Below are positions 1-8,087 of a DNA stretch of 51,694 nt, in pieces. The notes under the pieces were generated by a model. It made no database searches, had not been told where the DNA came from, and worked only from the letters and a program-made list of their open reading frames with translations. Location of the stretch: the NCBI GenBank assembly GCA_002352645.1, contig DEIU01000098.1, positions 11,278 to 62,971 on the forward strand. Reading direction: 5' to 3'. The position numbers and the translations under genes were made by a program. The DNA is from Acidimicrobiia bacterium UBA2766 (GTDB lineage: Bacteria > Actinomycetota > Acidimicrobiia > UBA2766). Position 1 is the stretch's first letter. The number at the start of each line of letters is the position of its first letter.

Positions 1-147
1 GCTCGCCGCGCGCCCGCGGTATTTGCCCGTTACCGGAAGCCAAAACCTGCCGGCAGCGCACAAGACGGCAAAGGCAACCCTGGAGCGGGGAGAGCGAGAA
101 AACCTGCGAGAAAGCACGCACGCGAAAAACTCACTTGGGCAGCACCA

Positions 148-503
148 TTAGGAGGCAGTTTCCGTCTCTTGCGCGCGCAGGGCGTCCGCAGGGCCAAGGG
201 CCACGACCCGCACTCCCATTGAATCGGTGGGCTGATGTCCGACTTCGTGCCGGGGTGATGGTCCTTCGACGACCTGGTTTGAGAGACGGCCCACACCTGT
301 GACTTCAACTTCGACATGGTCGCCCGGTTGCATGGGACGAGAGTTTGCCGGCGTGCCTGTGAGCACAATATCACCCGCCACAAAGGTGATGTAACGCGAG
401 AGATCGGCCAAGAGGTAGTCGATACCAAAAAGCATTTCGGATATTGGCGCTTCTTACACCTTTTCTCCATTCAGAAAGGTGCGGAGCACCGCGGAGCCCA
501 CAT
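148..503 (-). pseudogene. FAA (fumarylacetoacetate) hydrolase family, HpaG/HpcE-like, 3' fragment with in-frame stop
   Basis: Reads VGSAVLRTFLNGEKV*EAPISEMLFGIDYLLADLSRYITFVAGDIVLTGTP...PGDHVEVEVTGVGRLSN. TAA at 456-454 sits where the family usually has Gln (CAA). N-terminal half is absent. Confidence 0.85.
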
Positions 504-673
504 AAGGCAGACATCAGAATGCTCATGCGCTAAATCGAATAGTCCTGCGACCGTGTGCGCCGCCCAGACAGAGCAGGATGATCTTCTGGATTACCAACCT
601 TTGCGGACCCGAGCCAGAGACAGCGCCCGTCTTTCAGTCCCGCCAGAAATTCGTTTCCGATTCGTGCAGTCAT
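501..673 (-). pseudogene. hpaB: 4-hydroxyphenylacetate 3-hydroxylase (HpaB) N-terminal fragment, frameshifted and truncated
   Basis: G-rich RBS then ATG 673: MTARIGNEFLAGLKDGRCLWLGSAKVGNPEDHPALSG, continuing after a 1-nt frameshift at about 563-565 as (A)AHTVAGLFDLAHEHSDVCLM. Matches the HpaB N-terminal pattern (RTGxxYLxxLxDGRxVW..HPA..A.LYD). Confidence 0.75.
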
Positions 674-783
674 GGTTCCCCCCTTTTTTCTTCACCCCAG
701 CATGCATTGCAGCCGCTGCGCTTTGGCACAGAGGCCCACCCCACCCAACACCCCTTTGGGGTTCGGCTTCCAGACCCACCCCC

Positions 784-812
784 GACCCAACTTTCGATAC
801 GAAAGTTGGGTC
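784..812. promoter_or_regulatory. 13-bp perfect inverted repeat, candidate operator
   Basis: GACCCAACTTTCG-ata-CGAAAGTTGGGTC, about 110 nt upstream of the hpaB remnant, with no U-tract on either strand. Confidence 0.45.
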
Positions 813-1047
813 CAAAAATACCTGCGGAACCCAGTATAAACACGCCAAAACCCGCATTCGCCACCTTACGCCACACTTCCCCACGTCTCCTCCGCACCTG
901 CAGAAACGACAATGCAGTACAAGCATGGATCGAAAAAGCAGGAAAAGCGAGAACCCGAGGAAATGTTGGCAGGAAAAGTGAAAAAAATAGGGGGAGTTCG
1001 CTGCTTTTACAAAGAAGAAATACTGACCATCTGCACGATGCCCCCGA

Positions 1048-1075
1048 CATTGAGGACTCTTCATTGAGGACTCTT
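1048..1075. repeat. 14-bp tandem duplication
   Basis: CATTGAGGACTCTT x2. Confidence 0.9.
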
Positions 1076-1446
1076 CCCGACTTCAAGATAAGACACATAC
1101 ACACAGACTGCAGAGAGTTCTGACTCGAACCCGGTGCACAGAAGCGGCATGGAGAAAAACTCAAGGTCACCAAGCCAAATCACTGAAAAGAAAATCCAGA
1201 AAAGGAAACTTTTTTTTCAGTCTCTTTGTTTCGACAAGAGAAAGACAAAGCCGGTTCTCAAGCGAATGCTCAAGGTTTTAGGCTGGTATGTCTATTTTTT
1301 CGCGTGCAGACTCGACCACGAACCGGTCAGACCTTGCGACCAGCTCCCGACACAACTCTTCTCCTGATACGGATTCGAGTGACAAGTCTCTACTGGCCTA
1401 CGGAAAATTCCGCAAATTCCGCAAATACAGCAAGAAAGGGGTGGAT

Positions 1447-2181
1447 ATGGTGTACGGCATACGCGTTATAGGACTCTCTATTGTGTTCTTTCTTCTCGCT
1501 TGGACACACGCAAGTTCGCTTCTCCTGCTACGGATCAGGCACTTCGGGACATTCTTTCGCCGTTTCCGTTCTTTTCCCCAAGCAAAAGTCACGGAAAACC
1601 TGACAGACCCAACAGAAACAAACTGGTATGACATCGACCGCATCGCTGCCACGGTGCTTGTTCCCCCCGCTACAATCCAGCGTTTATACGACGAAGGGCA
1701 GCTTCCTCCGCCCGACAGCGAACATCCTCTGGCCTGGCGTCCTCTCACCATCGTGCTCTGGATCTCCACAATCACTGCCCGCAAGAACGAGAGATCAAGG
1801 CAGTTTCACACCATTTCTCAGGAGACACACCCGGCATTCCCCGACATACAGAAAAAGTCACAGACAGAAACAGAGCTCGCCCCGCAAGACAAAAATATTT
1901 CCTCCTCCCCTGACATCCACACTCGTATGAAAAGCCATGGAAAAAAACCTCTGACCTCTCTATCCAAATCACACGTACAGCAAAAGCAGGGGAAGGTCCT
2001 GCATTTTTTTCCGCCCCTGCCCCCGCACACGCTGGAGCCAGAAGGGGAAGCCGAAAACGGAAAAGAAACACTGCTCGCGAGTGTGATAGAACTCTTTCCC
2101 GAGAAAGAGCAGGCTTCTCACTCTCTTCCATCGGCCCCGTCTCGACAGCGCAAAACGCCCGACACTACAGATAAAACCTGA
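1447..2181 (+). CDS. Hypothetical protein with N-terminal hydrophobic helix and AlpA/excisionase-like HTH segment
   Basis: ORF open from 1288; ATG 1447 follows a purine-rich RBS. Segment WYDIDRIAATVLVPPATIQRLYDEGQLPPPD...AWRPLTIVLW. C-terminus is low complexity. Confidence 0.5.
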   Translation: MVYGIRVIGLSIVFFLLAWTHASSLLLLRIRHFGTFFRRFRSFPQAKVTENLTDPTETNWYDIDRIAATVLVPPATIQRLYDEGQLPPPDSEHPLAWRPLTIVLWISTITARKNERSRQFHTISQETHPAFPDIQKKSQTETELAPQDKNISSSPDIHTRMKSHGKKPLTSLSKSHVQQKQGKVLHFFPPLPPHTLEPEGEAENGKETLLASVIELFPEKEQASHSLPSAPSRQRKTPDTTDKT

Positions 2182-2235
2182 TCTTTCTTCGTTCCACTGC
2201 ACCACCTGATGCGCGCCGGTGACTTTACCGGTCAG

Positions 2236-4623
2236 TTATGGGACAGGGGGAAGATCTTCAGGGTCTGTAGGGAAGGCAACACCAAGAAGATCGTCGACGG
2301 TCTCTTCCCACTCTTTCACACTCAAGACACCTGCTTCATCTTGCAGACAGTCGAGCACATGTTCGCGCAACCAAGCAGCTCGTGGGCGGGACGCGGCTTC
2401 CAATTCAACAAGCGTGCCCATGAGACGCACTTTCTCTGCAATCCAGTGTTCTGTTTCGTCGCCGCGCCGTCGAAACAGCAGACCGTCCTCTGTGACAAAG
2501 AGGTGAGAGCGAAAAAGCGCGGAAAAGGCGGCGTCAGGGTCTGTCACTCGCACTTCCGCCCTCCAAAAGACAAGGTTTTCTCCCTCAAGATCGGCGGGAA
2601 GAAAAGGTGCGATCTCTGGAGAAGTTTCTGCAAAAAGAGCGGCGAGAAGGTCGAGCGGGTCGCCTTCATCTTCGATGACTTCATGCACAGTCGACAGCAC
2701 CGAACGGGAAACAGAAAGCGCAGGGGGCAAGACCGCGCTCTTGTCTCCGACCGGAGCCAGGACGCTCAGAATCAAGGTACCGCGACGAAAAACAAAGGGA
2801 AAAGGTGACTCCACCGGACAAAGAAGATGGGCGTCACGCAGACTGCGCAATACCAGCACACAGGCCGGGCTTTTTTCTTTCTTTCTCTTCGCCTGCGCGC
2901 CTTTCTTGGGGTCTTTTTCGTGTTTTTTGCGGTCTTGCAGGCCCGCCTCGTACGCGACCTTGTTCGTTTGCTCCAGAACACTGCTCTCGACTTCTTCAAC
3001 TTCCCACACGTCTATGCCGGCAGCTGCCCATCCTGCAATCATGTTTTGCTCGTCTGCCGGATACAACGGACCACGGCGAGCAATGACCCAGTCAATCGGG
3101 CAGGTGCCATCCGCGGCTGAAGTAAAAAGGGCCACGTCTTCAACAGCTGTGCCCGACAAGTTGAGCAGGCTGTCAACCTCGACTCCAAGGTCATCAAGAA
3201 CTTGGTAGGCCTCGGCCACATGGGCATCCCAGCGAATGTCATATTCCAAAGCCCGGCGGATTTTTTCAACCACCCAAGGAACTCGTTCCCACAGGGAGAA
3301 AGCAGTAGCGGGGGTTTCGTCTCCCTGCTCCGTACCAGCTTGTGCGCGTGCGCCATCCGGTACCAAGTATTTCTCAAGCAGGGAAGTGTCTTGCCAGGAG
3401 ATTGGGTCGAGGGCATGCAAGCGTAAAGATTCGTCTGCGTCTCCCCGATCGTTCGCAATCTCCGCAGCAAAACGGGCAACTGCCCCACATTCGGGTGCCG
3501 CTGTCAAAGCCTTGCGCGCACAATCTTGTTCTTCGTCGAGCTGTCCTTCGATTCTCGCCAAGTGGGCACGAGCAAGAAGCCCCCCAGGGTGCACCGCGGG
3601 AAGGCGGGCCGCAAGGTTTGCCGTGACTGCCCGACCATAGGGAGTCGCCGTCGTAAATGTATAGAGCGCGCCAGGCTTGGCAAAGAGAACGGCCAGCTCC
3701 TCGTCCGGGAGTGCAGCAAGGGCTTCGCCGTCTTCGAAAAGACTCAGGGCCTCAGATGCCCCAGGGCCGATATCACGCGAGAGTCGCTCTTTTTGTTCTA
3801 TGGCCGTTTCCGCAACAGCGTCGCGCGGCCCAAGCAGTCGACCGGTAATTTCCAACCCCGCGGTACGGTACAAATTTGTGAGTGGGATGCCGGCAGTGCA
3901 GTCAAAAAACCCGCGACAGAGCAGCACACTGCCCACTTGATCTGCCAGGAGCAGGTCTCCTTGTTCCAATGCCCTGGAAAAAAGGTCCGAGACAATCTCA
4001 TAGATATGGCCTTGTTCCTCTTCGCTCCAAATGGCGGCAATCGCAGCAGGCGAAGGAGGAGAGACATTGGAGAGGGCGGACAAAGCATGCCGCCCAGAAG
4101 AAGAAGAAGAAGGCGCCCCTTGCACACTCGTCGTTTCTGCTTGGGCAGCAGAAGAGACCTCCACCAAGGTGCCATCTTCATCAAAACCCATACGAATATT
4201 TACTATCTCTCCAGCGACCAGGCCCGGCAAACCCGGGGGAAAACAAAGAAACGTATCGTCTGAAAAGAAAAGCGGATAACCGGCACAAAGGATGCTCTCG
4301 TCGAAATTACGCAGGGGAAGAAGAGGAGAAAAGTCGGGGCAGACACGCAACCAGCCAGACTCGGCTTCGGGAATGGACACCCTATGAGAAAAGGTGAGAC
4401 CGTCGAGAGCAGCGGGAACAGAAAACGCTCTCCCCTCGGGTCCCTCAAAAAAGACCAAGCCAAGATCAACAAGGATACGAACACACTCGGAAAGCGAATC
4501 GCTGGGTAACTCTTCGTCAGGAAAGGATGCCGGCGCAACTTCAAGTGCCGCTTCCAGGGCAAGCACGTCTGGCCATATCTTTGTCTGCAGGAGGAGTTGG
4601 CGAAAACTGTCGGGGATGGGCAT
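2236..4623 (-). CDS. Large actinobacterial hypothetical protein, resembling SEC-C-associated helical/TPR-like proteins
   Basis: 795-aa ORF with LDGLTFSHRVSIPEAESGWLRVCPDF and TPR-like Ala-rich helices; no SEC-C cysteine motif present. Confidence 0.7.
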   Translation of the reverse strand: MPIPDSFRQLLLQTKIWPDVLALEAALEVAPASFPDEELPSDSLSECVRILVDLGLVFFEGPEGRAFSVPAALDGLTFSHRVSIPEAESGWLRVCPDFSPLLPLRNFDESILCAGYPLFFSDDTFLCFPPGLPGLVAGEIVNIRMGFDEDGTLVEVSSAAQAETTSVQGAPSSSSSGRHALSALSNVSPPSPAAIAAIWSEEEQGHIYEIVSDLFSRALEQGDLLLADQVGSVLLCRGFFDCTAGIPLTNLYRTAGLEITGRLLGPRDAVAETAIEQKERLSRDIGPGASEALSLFEDGEALAALPDEELAVLFAKPGALYTFTTATPYGRAVTANLAARLPAVHPGGLLARAHLARIEGQLDEEQDCARKALTAAPECGAVARFAAEIANDRGDADESLRLHALDPISWQDTSLLEKYLVPDGARAQAGTEQGDETPATAFSLWERVPWVVEKIRRALEYDIRWDAHVAEAYQVLDDLGVEVDSLLNLSGTAVEDVALFTSAADGTCPIDWVIARRGPLYPADEQNMIAGWAAAGIDVWEVEEVESSVLEQTNKVAYEAGLQDRKKHEKDPKKGAQAKRKKEKSPACVLVLRSLRDAHLLCPVESPFPFVFRRGTLILSVLAPVGDKSAVLPPALSVSRSVLSTVHEVIEDEGDPLDLLAALFAETSPEIAPFLPADLEGENLVFWRAEVRVTDPDAAFSALFRSHLFVTEDGLLFRRRGDETEHWIAEKVRLMGTLVELEAASRPRAAWLREHVLDCLQDEAGVLSVKEWEETVDDLLGVAFPTDPEDLPPVP

Positions 4624-4913
4624 TTTGCAATCTCAGCCGATCGCATCACGAAAGGCAAACAGCACACAAGACGAATAGCACTTTTTTCGACAGGACATAC
4701 CGAATAAAACGCTGTGACCTGCTATTTGTTCATATCCCTACCCGGGAAAAGGAATAGCCAGAACAGTTTCGTCCTGCACACGGGTGGCACAGAAATGGCA
4801 TGGAGCAGCACCGCTGAAAGGCCCAACAGGGAGGGAGCGGGCAGCGTCACGCGGGACAGCAGGCAAAAACCTCACATACCCCTTACCTACCTTTTCTCAT
4901 TTTTTTCCATAAT

Positions 4914-4942
4914 TTGACACTAATTGCCATTTTCTGTATTTT
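4914..4942 (+). promoter_or_regulatory. Housekeeping sigma70/SigA promoter
   Basis: TTGACA (4914-4919), 17-nt spacer, TATTTT (4937-4942), 36 nt before GTG 4979. Confidence 0.65.
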
Positions 4943-4978
4943 CGCCTTTCTTCTCAGCCACCATTCCAAGGGAAACCT

Positions 4979-6802
4979 GTGCCATTCCGTACACAAAGAC
5001 GATCGCGCCGTCCTCGCTTCTCTGCTCGTCTCGCAGGATGTCTTGCCGGTATGACGCTGACCTTCAGCGTCATACCGGCAGCACTCGCGGCACCAGAGGA
5101 AAACACTCCTCATGTCGCTTCGCCCACTACCACAACCCGGCCGATCACCATTGCACCCGAACTCACCCCCAGGGTAACTCCCGAAGAAGCCACTGGTCCG
5201 TCTCTCGCAGTAAAAACCCCAGAAAAAACGGACAAAACACAGGAGCCAACGACAAGAAACCCTGCCCCCTCAGAGAATCAACCGGATCATTTGTCTGTCG
5301 TAGAGGACACAGTCGCTCGTCCTCTACGACAGACAGGACGCTGGACAACAGATGACACAGGCAGGATCGTGACCTTCCACGGGGTCAACGCCCATATCGA
5401 TGCCACTGCACAGACGACGCAAGAGGGAAGTGTCAGCGTGGCCACAGCAGTGAACCTGGCACAAGAAGGCTTGAATCTCGTACGACTAAGCTGGAACCAT
5501 GCAGCCTTGGAACCCATCCCTGGCCACTATGACCAGGCCTATCTCCAACGCCTGACCGCAGCAGCGCTCGCCATAGAAAAAGCAGGAGCACGCGTACTCC
5601 CCGTCTTGGGTTCCAGCTATGACGACACAGGGGCAGAGACAAGTCTCGCCCCCTGGGCAGTATCCGTCACGGGAAGATCGCAGCAAACAGCGCATCCGCC
5701 ACCCCAGTCCACAAACACAACAGAAAACACAACGATAACTCTGATCAGCCCATCCAATAAAGAAACTGACAAAACACCACAAAACCCCGGCCTAGAGTCC
5801 CCCGCCCCCGACTCAGCCCACACGCAAGCTGCTTTGCAGTCTTTGGACCTAGGCGGAAAGAAAAAAGCAAGCGACGGACGCGATGCCGGAGAAATTGTCG
5901 CTGATGCCTGGGAACAAGTCGCAAAGAGCCTACAAAGCATTCCTGCAGTTGCCGGCTACGACTTGTTCGACCGCCCTCTTCCCAGCGAACCTTCCTCTCA
6001 AAGCTGTTTGTTCGGATGCCATGACGCGGAATACGAACTCGCAAATTTCTACGATACTGTCGCTGCTGGAGTACGCCGGGCAGATGGAGAACGCATCCTT
6101 CTGCATCAGCCTTATCGCGCCTTCTCGCTCGGAGCAGAGACTCTGCTTCCGCAACTCACCAATGACAAAACGGGTTTCTCCTTCCAAATCGACTGCCCCG
6201 CAGAGCAGATACTGCCCATCGACGCCCTCGCTGCCGAAACGCTCGATCGAAAAGAACTCTGTGAACGTTCCGGAGACTTTGTGGTCGATCATGCCGTCAC
6301 ACAGGCCGCTGCAAACTCGGAAGTTCCATTCTTGTCTGCTTTCGGCGACGAAGACCCAGCTCTCGTCGACGAAATAGCGAACCAAGCCGACGAAAAAGTT
6401 CTCTCTTGGGTGTACGCTTCCAATGGAAAAGTGCTCGATCAAGAAATACTCGACACCCTTATTCGTCCTTTTGCTCTGGCAGTTGCAGGAATTCCGGAAA
6501 AGGCGGTCTTCGACAGCGAAACTAGCCGCTTTGCTTTTACTTACCGTCTGAAAACAGAGAAGCCACAGACAGAAAACAAGGACTCTGTCCCTGCTGCCCT
6601 CACAGAGATCTTCTTGCCCGATCGCCACTATGGTGACGGACACGAAATCACTTTCCTACGTGGCGCCACGATCGTCTCGAAACCAGGGGAACAGCCCTTG
6701 CAGTTGTCTGTCTTTGAAGGCGCGAAAAAAGTGGAGATCGTCATCGAACCTGACCTTCTCGCCCGTCGCGAAAAAGCTCGCAACTCCAGCAGAAGACGCT
6801 AA
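4979..6802 (+). CDS. Secreted GH5 endoglycoceramidase-like protein, catalytic residues substituted
   Basis: Signal peptide; GRWTTDDTGRIVTFHGVN, GLNLVRLSW..LEP.PG.YD..YL, GYDLFDRP, FLSAFG, LIRPFALAVAGIP, TEIFLP...Y. Confidence 0.85.
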   Translation: MPFRTQRRSRRPRFSARLAGCLAGMTLTFSVIPAALAAPEENTPHVASPTTTTRPITIAPELTPRVTPEEATGPSLAVKTPEKTDKTQEPTTRNPAPSENQPDHLSVVEDTVARPLRQTGRWTTDDTGRIVTFHGVNAHIDATAQTTQEGSVSVATAVNLAQEGLNLVRLSWNHAALEPIPGHYDQAYLQRLTAAALAIEKAGARVLPVLGSSYDDTGAETSLAPWAVSVTGRSQQTAHPPPQSTNTTENTTITLISPSNKETDKTPQNPGLESPAPDSAHTQAALQSLDLGGKKKASDGRDAGEIVADAWEQVAKSLQSIPAVAGYDLFDRPLPSEPSSQSCLFGCHDAEYELANFYDTVAAGVRRADGERILLHQPYRAFSLGAETLLPQLTNDKTGFSFQIDCPAEQILPIDALAAETLDRKELCERSGDFVVDHAVTQAAANSEVPFLSAFGDEDPALVDEIANQADEKVLSWVYASNGKVLDQEILDTLIRPFALAVAGIPEKAVFDSETSRFAFTYRLKTEKPQTENKDSVPAALTEIFLPDRHYGDGHEITFLRGATIVSKPGEQPLQLSVFEGAKKVEIVIEPDLLARREKARNSSRRR

Positions 6803-6953
6803 CAGCCACTTTTTACCGACAGCTTCACGCTACCAGCCTCAGGCTCGTGCAGACACTATTGCCTAGTGAGGGCATGGCAGCACACACAAAACCACAAAAG
6901 CAGACACCAGAGCAGACCCAGAAGTTAAGTCCGGCCCGCGAGAGGCCGACACC

Positions 6954-7754
6954 GTGCACATGGTCACTATGGTCATTGCTACCGCGCGCACAGGCAGATC
7001 AGAGTCTCCCCAGGAAATCTGGGGAGACCTCATTATTCTCTGCCAATCCATCGCCTGCTACGTCCCGGACGCAGATGTCGTCGTGGCGTGGAAAGGTCCG
7101 TGTTCTCCACTTCCCTTCCTCCCAAAAAATCTGAAAGCACGTGTCTTCTGTCAGCCGGAAAGATGCGATAATTTCGGGAAGGCCTTCGAGTTTGCCATCA
7201 AGCACGTCAGTGTGGAAGAGTTCTTGATCGTGAACGATGACACTGTGCTCTTGCCAAACACAGTCTCGACTCTCCTTGATGACGTGTCCTATATAAAAAA
7301 GGAAGTCCCTGGCGTAGACATCGGTTTTCTGGCTGCTCGCAGTAACTATGTGTGCGGCCCGCAAAACATCAGAAACCCGAATGGGGGCGCACCAGATCCT
7401 GGCTTCAATTTTTACAATTCCGAGCAGACAGTGATCGAAACCGACCGCGTTTCCCCCATTCTTGCTTGGACAAGCAAAACGGCGCTCGATGCCATTGGCG
7501 GGTTTCCTCCGCTGCACTGGTTCAGTGACGATCTCATGTGTTGGGACTGGCAACAAAAGGGTTATCGACACTTTGTGAGCCGCGCCTATGTGCACCATAT
7601 TGGGCAGCGCTCCACCGCTCACCGCGAGGTCACAAATCAGACGCTACACGATGAAGCAATGTCCTGGCTGGGTACACACCGACCAGACTTTCTCACGGCG
7701 CGTGCGCTCCTCCACACAGCCCCACTCGCAGGCATGGCAACATCTTCAAAGTAG
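6954..7754 (+). CDS. Glycosyltransferase family 2
   Basis: NFGKAFE, LIVNDDT (DxD-like), IGGF...WFSDDL, AYVHHIG. Confidence 0.85.
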   Translation: MHMVTMVIATARTGRSESPQEIWGDLIILCQSIACYVPDADVVVAWKGPCSPLPFLPKNLKARVFCQPERCDNFGKAFEFAIKHVSVEEFLIVNDDTVLLPNTVSTLLDDVSYIKKEVPGVDIGFLAARSNYVCGPQNIRNPNGGAPDPGFNFYNSEQTVIETDRVSPILAWTSKTALDAIGGFPPLHWFSDDLMCWDWQQKGYRHFVSRAYVHHIGQRSTAHREVTNQTLHDEAMSWLGTHRPDFLTARALLHTAPLAGMATSSK

Positions 7755-8087
7755 CAGTCAGGCAAGTACACGCCAGGCACGTAGCAGCCGGACAAAAGAC
7801 CTCCGGCCCAGCAAAACAGTAACCTGACATCTCGAAAAATAGCCCCATCCCGAAAAACGGCAAAAAGCCGAGACCCAAGGCTACAAAGAACCCTGGAGAG
7901 AAACCAGACCCGGAAGCGGATAGAGAAGCGGATAGATTTCCGCGTGCTCGATATCACTGCTATCTCGCAGAAGAATCATTCGTACTAAAGCGTGTTTCCG
8001 GGGTCTTCACTGCAAACCCTCGACGCGAAATCACCCCTCTGGCACACGAAAAACGACGTCCAAAAACGACGTTCGAAAAACAATGCC

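Noticed and set aside
454-456. Stop-codon reassignment or readthrough (TAA at a Gln position)
   Set aside because: TAA terminates many intact genes here and the locus has other lesions, so a nonsense mutation is more parsimonious
1110-1140. Minus-strand CCGGGTTCGAGT resembling a tRNA T-loop
   Set aside because: T-stem does not close and no acceptor or anticodon arms can be formed
316-1173. Overlapping 150-220 aa ORFs on both strands
   Set aside because: No motifs and low complexity; region is better explained by the hpaB remnant and intergenic DNA
1279-1290. Identical 12-mer TAGGCTGGTATG at this ORF start and at serC (46273-46284)
   Set aside because: Only two copies, and 3-nt spacing is too short for a leaderless start; may be chance
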